Source: Guillardia theta CCMP2712 (taxonomy: Eukaryota; Protista; Cryptophyta). From it: a DNA stretch of 64,000 bases. Below, piece after piece: positions 48,953 to 60,570 of this stretch. The notes beneath the pieces were generated by a model. That model had not been told where the DNA came from and did no database searches. It saw nothing but the letters and a program-made list of their open reading frames with translations. A program made the translations under genes and the position numbers. How positions within the stretch are numbered: the stretch's first letter is position 1; each line of letters begins with the position of its first letter. The stretch lies in NCBI RefSeq assembly GCF_000315625.1, contig NW_005434656.1:1-64000 (forward strand), read 5' to 3'.

Positions 48953-49580
48953 GGCTTGTCAAAGTTACGAAACCTGAGGCAGGCATTTCATCACTTTCAC
49001 ACCCAGTCAAGGCGCAAAGATCTTGAAAAAGCACTAAGAGCGATGCAGATAAGGAGAGTTAAGTGTTTTTCTCTTCTAAAAGTCGTCCTCTCCTCTTTCC
49101 TGACTCTCCGCTTCCTCCTGCCTCCTCCTCCACACTCTCCCTGCTCTGCATCGGTAGTTCATATAAGCGACGCGTCAGGTCCGAAACTATTACTCAACTC
49201 AAGTCGGAATGTCGCGCTATTTTCGTATTGTGGACATTATTTCAATCTATTGCGCGACATTAGAAACCTGTCCCCGGAGCCCGGGGTTCCGGCAGGCCTG
49301 ATGACTCATGAAGGAATCGAACCCGGACATAGAAGTATCCTACAGGATACATCTGACGCATAAGCAGTCGTCTCGTGCTCACTGTAGACCTACCTCCCCA
49401 CATCCATTAGAGACCCCTAGGTGAAGGACATGACACCCTCTCTTCAATTACTACCCCTCTTGTAAAGGCAAATTCTCTGAATTCAGCAGGGTATATTGAG
49501 TACCCCCTGGGGACTGTAAATCAGCACACCCGTGGTTGAGTACCCCACCACCACCTCAAGGTTCATCCTACCGCCGCGTC

Positions 49581-52392
49581 ATGGAGGGAGCGGTGCTAGC
49601 GGCGGTGGGGCAAGGAGATGTTGAGAGCCTTAGCTTCGCCAATGCTCAAGGGTTCGACCACCAAGCTCTCATTGGTGTTCTCAAGTCCCTCTTGGCCGAC
49701 GGCTATGTCCAGGCAAGCACTCCATGCTCGCAAACAGCTGTTGAATGCTCGCAAGTCTCGTTAAGTTTTTGAATGGTGACGCTCGTTATGTTTCTGCTGC
49801 TTTTGTGGACTTAGTCTATGTCTTTGCCCTCACTCATGACTGTCTGTTTGAGGCTGTTGCCATTTTGTATGAACTCAATGAGCACGGGTTGATGTTTTCA
49901 AGGTGAACAATCACTGAAACTCAATGATTACAACATTTCATTACTGACTGTGCTCGTGTATTTGCTTGTCCATCATGTGGTGGTGGTCATCCCCTGACTC
50001 TCAAAGACAGATGGAAGCAGTGGATCACGAGGGCTGGAAGCTGACTGAGGAGGGAGAAGCATGCGTCAGCAAAGGCTCTCCTGAAGCACAAGTCTTCGCT
50101 CTGGTAATGCTCGCCTATTTTAGACATTTCACTTGATCTGCGGGATGATTCATAATGGTGAACAATCACTGAAAATTCATGACGAAAGTTTTTTGCATTG
50201 ATTGCACTTGACCGCACCAAACTCTCTCAAATCACATTCTTGGGCAAGCGTGTTGGCATACCTCACGTTCCTGACAGGTGAAACAAGAAGGGTCGGACAA
50301 GGATGAGATCGAAAAGCTTGCTGGAGCCTTAGCAAAGGTCGGCTTGTCCCAGTGCATGCAATCAAAGTGGCTGCGTGTGGACAAGGCTCAGGTCTGAGCG
50401 ATTACGCTCGTAGACGTTGCTCGTAGACGTTGCGCTTACATTTGTACAGGGTGGCAAGATTTTCAAGGAAACAGATAAGATTGAAGATTTGGTGCAGAAG
50501 CAGCTCAGCGACGTCAAGAAGTAAGGACTTTCCCGTGGAATTTCAGTTGGATTCTCATTCGTTGCCAGTGGTGTCTTCCCTCCAAAGGCTGACCTGGACA
50601 AACTAAAGAAGAGAAAGGTACATACCAAGTACATCGTTCTTCGGACTAAGTGGGTTGCTCTCAGTTGATTACTGCTGCAAACTACAAGACGTACAACATC
50701 AAGAAGGGCCCTGACTATGCTCCCGTGCGAACAAAAGCAGCTGCTGACATCACAGCTGAGATGATCGCCGACGGAAGGTAGTTTCTTATTTGTGCTTGTG
50801 TCGCGTTGTTGATGAGTTGATTGCAGCTGGAAGACTCAGAAGTTTAAGCCGTATAATTTTGATGCTTTGGGCCAAGATGCATGTGCTGGACGTTTGCACC
50901 CGCTGCTCAAGGTGAAATTTCATGTTCCATCCTCTCAACTCCTGACCCGCTTCAGGTTCGTGCGCAATTCCGTGAGATCTTCTTGGAAATGGGGTTTGAA
51001 GAAATGCCGACGAATCGGTGACAGCAAATCGACATCACCATCAAATCTGAAGTGATACCAGCTTTGTCGAGACATCCTTCTGGAACTTCGATGCTCTCTT
51101 TCAGCCGCAGGCCCATCCAGCTCGCGACATGCAGGTTCGACATCGGCACAAATATTCAGGGACACTTGTGAGTGAGATGACTTGCAGGACACTTTCTTCA
51201 TCAAGGACCCATCTACTACTCTCCGCATTCCTCAGGTCAGATGAGAATCGGCCCAGCACGTGTGCTCAAGCCGTGAACAGGAGTACATGGAGAAGGTCAA
51301 ATCCACACATGAGAAAGGAGACTGTGTCACTGGAGGTCCGCAAGATCCTCTGGCCACTCCCATCGGCTCTCTGGGTTACAGAAACACCTGGAACATTGTC
51401 GAAGCGGAAAAAAATCTTCTTAGAACTCATACCACCGCCATCTCGGCTCAGATGTTGTACAAATTAGCTCAAATGTGAGCTGCAGGTGTGTTTTGAGGAG
51501 CTAGAAGCTGACGATACTTTAGGGATAAATTCGAACCCAAGAAATTCTTCTCTATTGATCGCGTGTTTCGCAATGAGACTCTGGATGCGACACATTTAGC
51601 AGAGTTCCACCAGATCGAAGGGCTCGTGGTTGATCGAAACCTTGTAAGTGCTCTGGTTGCCTTCTTTCGTAAGATTGAGTTACTGGTTGTAGGCGCTCGG
51701 AGATCTCATGGGAATGATCCAGGCTTTCTTTGAAAAGGTGAGACTCTCTCAGCTCCATGCGCATCAATCGTCTGGGGCTCCTCCTCTCGCTGCTGCCGCT
51801 GACTCGCCCTCAGCTCGGACTAAAGGACATTCGCTTCAAGCCAACATACAACCCTTACACTGAGCCCTCCATGGAGATCTTCCACTGGCATGAAGGTGAG
51901 CGGGAGATACCTTGACAAGAGTATTGCTTGCGACGGAGGGATGATGTTTGACGAACGATGCCGATTTCTATGACGAAAAAACTTGATGGGCACCGCAGCC
52001 CATTGACCTCTTTGCTCTCTTTACGATTCTGCGATTCATCCATGTGATCACGCTGAACCACCTGGCAGGTCTCAACAAGTACGTGGAAGTTGGAAACTCT
52101 GGCATGTTCCGCCCGGAAATGCTCCGACCGATGGGCTTCCCCGAAGACGTGAGAGCATGCGAGATGAGAGATTAGGGCGTGAAGTGACGCTGAGAAGGTG
52201 ACGTGCATCGCATGGGGACTGTCGCTCGAACGCCCTACAATGATTCTTTACAAGATCGACAACATCCGAGATCTCTTCGGACACAAGGTGAGCATTGGAG
52301 ACTTGATTTTATGGACGAGCACGGGAATGATGGTGAGCCAGGTTGATCTCCATATGATCAAAACGAATCCTATCTGCCGATTGGTGAAATAA
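49581..52392 (+). CDS. FARSA: Cytosolic phenylalanine-tRNA ligase alpha subunit
   Basis: [86 protein letters not shown]. Confidence 0.97.
49878..49957 (+). ncRNA. Intronic box C/D snoRNA, predicted guide for LSU A-loop Um (yeast Um2921 equivalent)
   Basis: 10-bp terminal stem ATGAGCACGG/CTGTGCTCGT; box C TTGATGT; guide GGTGAACAATC + D' CTGA (49914); C' ATGATT; D CTGA (49944). Confidence 0.8.
50139..50216 (+). ncRNA. Second intronic box C/D snoRNA paralogue, same D' guide
   Basis: Stem TGCGG/CCGCA; box C ATGATT; GGTGAACAATCA-CTGA (50157-50172); C' ATGACG; variant D TTGA. Confidence 0.65.
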
Positions 52393-52480
52393 ACAAAATC
52401 AAAAGATGATCTCTCTCTTGCAATTCCGTCTTTGTTTTAATACATTACAGAATCTTGTAGAACAACGATGTCGTTGTCTA

Positions 52481-53004
52481 TCAGTTTCCAGAGGCGGCGG
52501 TGACTGCCTTGTAAATCTGTACCCTGCCAAGAGATTCATTGCATGGAAGAGCCTTGACAAGACTTACAGAGCGATGGGAATGCCAAACTGAGCGGTCAAA
52601 AGCACCATAATCTGTGCGTATGCTCAGTCATCCCGCACACAAGATGAGCATTGAGAGGTCGCCCAATTCACCTGTGCTGGCGTCGCTTTGAGCCTTGGCT
52701 GGCCATCCTCTCCCACCACGCGGGTGTCAGCAGTGAGCTCTTGAGATCAAATGTGAGAGGGTGGCACGCAAAATTTTACAGCTCAACCTCTTGCAATGCC
52801 GTCGAAGAGACCCTTGAAGCCGGTGGTTCTCTTGCCCTGCCCGTCCTCTTGCATGCTCAGCGCACAGACTCCTGCTTTCGCTCTGCCACATGCAGCGGGA
52901 AGAGAATCACTTCCACGAAGCTGGGGAGAGGAAGAGGAGAGGAGGAAGGAGGAGGCTGGAGCTACGGCCAAGGCCAGCAGCAGCAAGGCGCAGAACCGCT
53001 GCAT
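52481..53004 (-). CDS. Small plastid-targeted single-TM protein
   Basis: MQRFCALLLLALAVAPASS|F bipartite presequence; spliced C-terminus IMVLLTAQFGIPIALVQIYKAVTAASGN*. Confidence 0.7.
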
Positions 53005-53379
53005 AGCGCGTTATAAGTAGCCGTTACATTGGCACATTTCTGTAACGTCTGTCACAAATCTAGGTGACACCCAACAGTTACGTCTCGTTTGTCTCAGTTA
53101 CATTTCGGTTACATTTTGATCTGAGGGGAGCTCACCAATTGACCAAGGCATCGAAAATGCCCACCACCTTGAGGAAGGGCTTTTTGAGAGGGAAATGGGA
53201 GGGAAAGAGGGAGGGAACGGGAGGGAGAGAAAGAGGGAGACAGGGAGAAGGGAGACAGGGAAGGAAGGAATATTGTGCAAGTGGGGAAGGGAAAGGAGGG
53301 TACGGTGTGGTGACAGTGACACTAATTATTCATCCTGGAACAGAACATGCGAATGATCTGACAGGATCCCCGAGAAGCA

Positions 53380-55503
53380 TGGTGGACTTGGAGCAGAAGA
53401 GGGTGCTGAAGGATTTCTTGAGGAAGGGTGAGACTGTGGAGACAGTAGAGAACCTTGTGCTGCAAGGAAGACACTTGAGGCTCAAGAACCTGACAGTGCT
53501 GGCGCATTGTGAGAGACTGAGAAAACTCGATTGCTCGAGGAACTCGATAGAAAGTTTGGCAGGGGGCGAGAGTCTGTGTAGGCTCGAGAAACTGAACCTC
53601 TCCGACAACAAGATCTCAGACCTGTCGGAGATTCTGCACCTTCAGTCGCTCTTCCAGCTGTTCGAGGTGAGACCTGTCTGCATGAGCGGGATGTTGTCCT
53701 TACCGAAGGTAGCTGGACCTGAGGTGGAACCCCATCACAAAGCAGGAGAGCTACAGGCTCTTTGCAGTCAAGTACCTCCCTCGGCTCAGACGGCTCGATG
53801 GAGTTGAGATCTCCGCTTCTGAGAGGATTCGAGCTGAAAGACTCTTTGCGAATCTGGACTGCAGCAGGTGTGTACAAGTAGAGGACGCTCCCGATGGTCA
53901 CAAGCGCGCAGCAGCTCAGATGCAGGTAGCTCGCATGTCGTGTCCGGGGAGGAGGAGGACAGCGATGAAGAACTCGCATCCAGCCGCGGGCGCGAGGAGG
54001 CAGGTAAGATCTACCGGACGCTCACCCGCCTTTCTTTCATACTCCAACCTCTCCTGCAGGTGCACAGAGGCGCGCTCCTCCCTTCTCGCGTGAAGACGAA
54101 GAGACGGGCCATAGAAATGTGTGGAACAGACTCAAACTGGAGCAGCAGGGAGCCGCTGGCTTCAACGTGCAGTGGAGCAGGAGCCTGGAGGCCGTTCTTG
54201 CAGGCGATTTCAGCGGGAACGAGGGCGAGGAGATAGCCGGTATGCTCGGCTGCAAGTTTGAAGTCCAAGTGATCCCAAGTGAAGCAGAGCCCTCCGGGAG
54301 AGTCAAGAAGATGTCAGAGGGGAGGAAGCACGAGGAGGATGAGGAAGCGGGGGGACGTGGGATGAAGGAAGAATCTACAGATGAGATGGTTGTAGAGGGG
54401 CTGCGAGACCTAGTCCGTCAAGTTCTGAGGGAGAGGGAGAAGGGAACGAAAGAAGAGAACGAGATGTGGCGAAGCATACAAGATAAGGTGTACATGCTCA
54501 GCCCCCTTCACCAAACTGACCTCACAAATATTAAGGTACAAGCAATCCTATACATGGCTCAGTCCAGCCGTGGCAGTCAGGCTCCATCGACCCACAATGA
54601 TCATCCTGCTGATAGGATAGACGGCTCCAGCATTGATCAGGTTATACATCCTGACCCTCCTGGCAAGGGCTAACAACGCTGGCAAGGCTTACAAGCGCGA
54701 ACTGAGTGCCCTTGTCGATGCCCAGAATCAACGAGTTGAGAGTTTAGAGCAAACGAGAAGAAGTCTTGAGCAGGAGCTCAAAGCCCTCCGCGATCAAAAC
54801 ACGCTCTACCACCAGCAAGTGAGAGACTGCACTAGAGGTCGAGAGTGCGACTAAGGGAGCTGGCAGGTCCTAAAGGCAGAAGCAAAAGTCTCCATGGTCC
54901 AGGACAAACTTGACGCCATGCAGGCTCATGAAACTGCCGGGAGACCGTCGACATCCACCGACGTTGAGGGGCAGCAAGAGATGCTTCTGCGTCAGCGAGA
55001 GCTTGTCCGCATGCTCCAACAGTCGCACGAGGTGAGGCAAGTCGACGTAGAGCGACGGTGACTTGCTGTGCAGGAGCTTATCCGTGACAATGCTTGGTTC
55101 AAACAAGAGCTGGAGAAGGAGAGAGCAGGGCGAGCAGCCGACGTCCTCGTCTTCGAACGGAACTATCAGGAACTCCGCTCGCTTGTCAAGTTATCGGAGG
55201 CACAAGCTGTCAAAGGTCATCAGGGAGACGGACAAACGAGTTGAAAGAAGAGAAGAGACATGAGCACCGGGCATCGCTCTTCACGTAGCAAAGATGGACA
55301 ACACAGCGATAGTGAAGAAAGAGACGCCAACAATGAGTAAGAGCGACAGGCTGTCAAGGATGTTATACTAAGACAAATAAACCCTTTCACCCACGAGAAG
55401 CGGATGAGGAATTCAGCAAGGAACAGCAGGATCTGCCAACAGGCTCAGAGAGGAGCTTCATCGTCTCTCGACCTACTTTCACAAGGAAGAAGCCCACAAC
55501 TGA
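53380..55503 (+). CDS. N-terminal LRR + C-terminal coiled-coil protein (CEP72/LRRC-type, probably centriolar/ciliary)
   Basis: LRKLDCSRNSIESL, LEKLNLSDNKISDL, LDLRWNPI..YRLF..L..LDG LRRcap; heptad-rich C-terminus. Confidence 0.75.
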
Positions 55504-56874
55504 AGCTAGTGCTGCAGTGATCCAGAGCTCGATGCTGGTAGTCTGCCATGATGGCGTCACCAATCTTCTGTAGCAGAGGTGGAGCTTACCGAAGGATCAC
55601 GCACCCACTTCTGCAGTTGATTGCGAGAGAAGCCCCAACCGAATCTGCATGGAAGGAATCATCAACGGTGCTCGAGGCTCCTTGCATGCCTGCTCAGCTG
55701 CCTCATGTCGTCCTTGGAATCAACTGACGTGACCTCCCCAGTCTTCTGCCCCTTCAAGTTCTGGAAAAAAGGTCAGAATGACGCAACAGCAAGCTAAAGG
55801 TATACGAGCATGTCCAAAATCTCTTTCACGGCCCTGCGGACCCTTTGGAATCGATCCCGCAAGTTCAAGACTGCACACAAAGTTAGAGCAGCCTGTCCCG
55901 TCATTGACTGCTGAGCTACCATCATCTTGGTTGGGCTTGAGATCCGATATCCAAACATTGGGATCCTGAACTCTGAATATCTGCAGCTAACGTCAGTAGT
56001 CTATCCCAGCAAGCCCACAGCCTCATCGCACCCTCAGCGACTCATCCTCCGGCGATCGAGCGGACAAGACCTACATGTCCAACGGGTGAGACAGGCAGGT
56101 TGCTTTCAGTCGCTTGTCCTCATGGGCAGTCTCGCTGACCTGCTGACGACCCAGCCGAGGTTTCCTTATGATTGGTGCCATACACGGCCATCCCCATACG
56201 TGTGGTGTGGGACCCACAAAAGCCCTGCAATGAAAGTTGATACTCGAGGCCTTGATTCAAGCGCAGCCTATAGATTTATCCGTGTTCGAGCTCCAAGAAT
56301 CTAAGAGCACCAGGAATGTTCCTTTACCTGCAGGAGCAAACGATCTAGAGCCTCTCCTCTCCCTCTCCCCATCTCCTCGTTCTCCTCGCCTAAGGTCCTC
56401 TGAGTACTCGCTCGGTCTCTTCTTTGCTGACCACCCTCCTCCCCTCTGTCCGTCTCCACTTACCTTGCCTCCCGCGCGGCCTCGCAAAGGACCAGCATTG
56501 CGTCCGGGGTCTTAATTCCTTCTTAATTTTCACTTTGAGTTTACAAAAAAAGATTTAGGGAATTAATTTTTAAAGCAGTCAGACGGGGGTGGGGTTCAAA
56601 GCATGTGGGTGGGGTACGATTTCGAATGAAAAATGACCCTTGGAGTCCACGTCGTACCCCTACCTACGACTGACAACTACCCCCTGCTCCACAAGCTCGG
56701 CTCTACCCACCTGGTCGTATGCAGACCACCCACGATATGCCTCTTCCACCACCCCACCGTACTCAGAAATTTTGCACTGGTACCCAATCACCGATTGTAC
56801 CCCCATAATAGACTGACAAAAAGGGGTACTGATACCACCCCACCCGTCAAATGTAGATGACCTCCCTATCGGAT

Positions 56875-59800
56875 ATGGCGGAGCCGAAGGCGGCAGGTAT
56901 GACGGAATGGGAGGGGAGAGAAGGAGGAAGGAGGAAGGAGGAAGGAAGCAGAGGTATAGAGAAGAACGAAAGGAACCAGGTTAATGGATGCAGGAAAGCA
57001 GATCAGCGAATCTGTGAGGTCGAAACTGAAGAGATTTGAAAGAAGGCTCGATTGGTTTGGAGTAGTGAAGGGAAAGGGAGTGAGAGGGAAGAGGAAACAT
57101 GATGATAGGAGGGGATTTTGATTTCCCCCAAGATAAAAGCTAAGTTTGGCATCTTTGAATGGTATCATGGAAATGCAACCGTCTAGGATTCATCAGTACA
57201 GTTGCACCTAAAGTTAATTTTTTGGATGTGGCAAAGAAGGGGAAAGAAGAAAACTGAGATGTTTCACACTGCATTGTTGAATCCACGATCGCATGGTTGC
57301 ACTTTCATGCTCTTCTCTCATCCCAAGATTTTTGTTTGTTTTCAGAGTTCTTTCTTCGCTCTAACTATTTCTTACAGCGCTCATGCGGGGGTGGTTGGAA
57401 AAGCAACATCATCATGTTCTGAAATCCTTTGAGAGGAGATGGTTCGAGCTCTATGGTTGTGAGCTCAGGTTGGATGTTTTTGTTAAACATGTGATTTTGA
57501 GTACCCCCACTTGTTCTCACCTGTGTCCAGATACTTCGAAAAAGACAGAAGCGATGTTGCTTGTCGCGTTATTAATGTGAAAGGCAACAAATTCCAGGAT
57601 GGGAGGGTATGTATTTGTGTACCAGACTAAGTTCTTGAACTCATTGATTTTCTGAAGAAAACTGCCAAACGACTGGAGTTTGTCATCGAAACGCCTAATG
57701 ATACTTTGGCGAAATCATACAAGTTTGCTTGTGACAAAGAAGAGGAGTACAACCAGTAAGAACTCATCATGGAGATACTCGTCTTACTCTTTCTAGGTGG
57801 AAAGCTGCTCTTGCTCAAGCTGCCGTCTTTGATCGCGCGGTTGCAATCGCCTTTTCCCTTAGAACCCTTCCGTGTATCAACGTTGATATGATGTAGAGTT
57901 TTCCGTGATTCAATTTCCTCATTGTCCAAGTGCGAATCCTGAGAGTGTGTCATCAGTGACCAAAATCATTCCTTGACGCAGACAGCAAACCTTTCATGAC
58001 AGCCCATGTGATGGTTTGGGGTCTTGTGTTGACTTTTCTTCCAGACTGTCGCCATCGCTCCGCAGAGGCCGAACATCGTGGCTCTTGTAAACGGAAAGAG
58101 TGGAGGCAAACAGGGTGAGTTCGAGTTAACTCTCTAGCCGAGGAGACTCACCCGTAGAATAGGAACGAAACTCATTCAGAAGATCAAAAAACATCTCGGG
58201 GATGCGAATGTGGTGGACATCATGTCCCTATCAGATGCCGGAAAGGGAATCAAAGGACCCCACGGGGCTCTTGCAAGTGCATGCATGAATGCGGTGCGAA
58301 GAGGAGCTCATTTCAGTGCAGTGCATGCCAACGACGGCCCCAATACTCGATTTCTTGTCTGCGGAGGAGACGGAACTGTGGGCTGGACTCTTCAGGTGGG
58401 CTGATATCGATATGATATCGACTTAATCACTCACGCAATCTCGTCGAGCAGGACATGGAAAAGTTGATTCAGTCTGGAGGGATCAATGGTATGCTGTTAC
58501 TGCGTAATGTGGGAGTTTTCACCCTGGCTTTCAGCTGATATTCCGATCGCCGTCCTCCCTCTTGGCACAGGCAACGACATGGCAAGAACGCTGCGGTGAG
58601 ATGGGTTTGGTCGAAAAGGCAAGGAGCTGATCGTGATGAAAGATGTGGTGGAGGCTACAGTGGAGAGCAGTTGCTGCCGATTCTCAAGAAAGCAGCAGTG
58701 GGAGAGAGGAAGAGGTGGGTAGAGTTTCAAAGAGGTGGTCCTCGCTCGAGGAGCATTCTAAGTGATTGCCTTAGGCTGGATCGATGGAAAGTTCGTGTTA
58801 CTGCCGAACAAGGCGGTCAAGAGCCTTTCGTCAAGGAGTTTCTCATGTGCAACTACTTCTCCATAGGATGGGATGCAGTGGTGAGGAAAGGATATTCAAG
58901 ACAACGACAGTGAGGATGTGCTGTAGGTTGCCCGTGGCTTTCACGTAAAGCGTGAGCTGAGCCCAAACCTATTCAAGAACCGAATCATTAATAAGCTATG
59001 GTAACACTATTAGAGCGTGGGGAGAAGACTCTGAAGGTTCTATGTAAGGTATCTCTACTTCAGCTTCGGAAACTTGGTTGGCAACTTCGATGCTTCTAAG
59101 GGAGTTGAAGTGAGATTTGATTTCCTCTGACTGTTTCCATCTTCTTGCCATTCTTCCTCCTCTCCACTAGTTCCTCGTGCTTCTCTCTCTCTACCTCTAC
59201 CTCTACCTCTACCTCTACCTCTACCTCACCTCTACCTCTACCTCTCTAACTCTCTCTCTGCTTTCCAACCATTATCTCGCTCAAATGTGACATCGGCATT
59301 GATGATTTTCTAGCTTGAAGTCGATGGAAAGTCTGTGCAGATTCCAAAAGGCATCAAGAGCGTGGCTGTCATCAACATCCCGTCCTTCAGTGGTGGAGCC
59401 GACCTGTGGGGAAAATCTTCATCAGTAATTGGATCACTTTCTAACTGGCAAATATTATCTAATAGTAATGTAGGGCAATTTCCAAAAGCCGCAGACAGAC
59501 GACGGTCTTCTGGTGAGAGGCGGAGACAGATTTATCTTGTTTGATCCAAAAAGTAGGAGATCGTCGGCACTTACAACCCTCTTCATCTCGGCATGGTGAT
59601 CGTTAAGATACGAACGGCAGTCAGGTCAGAGACAGACGAGCCGTGTTGGTCGTTGTGAGCTGATGTTGCTACTGGTGCGGCACAGGATAGCGCAGGGCAA
59701 GAGAGTAACAGTGAAGACCAAGACGTTTGCCGAAGGAGGACCGAAGCCCGGCAAAGGCACCTGCATGCAGGTCAGTCTCGCCCGCGAAGGAGTAGGTTGA

Positions 59801-60124
59801 GAGTCTGTTGGCAGGTGGACGGAGAGCCTTACTTCCTCGACCACAAGGTGACGGGTGGAGGGTCGACTGAGGCGCTGACGCAGTGGCAGGGTTTCCACGA
59901 AGACGTGCATTACAAGCCTGAAAAGAACCTTCGGGTATGCGAGAGGGCTGATTGCGTCCTTGTGATGTTGGGGCAGGATGGAAACGTTGACGTAAAGGTG
60001 GAGATCTCTCACCATGCAGTAGCTACGTTGGTTGAGAGCCCTGACGTATGTTGCTGTGCGATCAAGATGGAACGTGACGGGTGCGCAGGGAGGAGGTTGT
60101 TGCGTCGCTCCCAAGGTCGACTAG
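56875..60124 (+). CDS. PH-domain diacylglycerol kinase
   Basis: PH: MRGWLEKQ..FERRWFEL..EYNQWKAAL; DAGK: VNGKSGG, VCGGDGTVGW, VLPLGTGNDMAR, NYFSIGWDA, MQVDGEP. Confidence 0.92.
59190..59245. repeat. Intronic microsatellite (CTCTAC)n
   Basis: Direct reading. Confidence 0.9.
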
Positions 60125-60470
60125 GACATGGAGGAGCTTTGATGCACTCTAAACCATCTTTAAATGTGTCCTCGCACACTCCAAGCTCCCATGATGAAAT
60201 GGATGCCTTGGCACAACAGTTAACGAAGGAAAGGATTTTCCCTTCCGTGGATTATGTGCAGATGTACAGACAGAAATACAGACAAAGAAATAAAACGAAT
60301 CAAATGAGAAAGAGTTGACGCAGAAGAGTGAAATTTCTCATGGAAAGGGCCTATCAGCTTTCCGCCTTCGTTCAATTCCTCTATGCTTTCTCCTCCGACG
60401 TCGATGAAAGCTGCTGGCAGGTCATTCCCCTCGGACTCGGATGCGACCATCTCACTCTCCTACCTCACAC

Positions 60471-60524
60471 GGCTGTACACAAGAGCCCATTCATTACATA
60501 CCCAAATGCCTCTCCGTTATTCTC

Positions 60525-60570
<46 letters not shown>

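Noticed and set aside
56230-56300. LDSSAAYRFIRVR resembling an RT motif
   Set aside because: No YxDD or other RT motifs in correct order nearby
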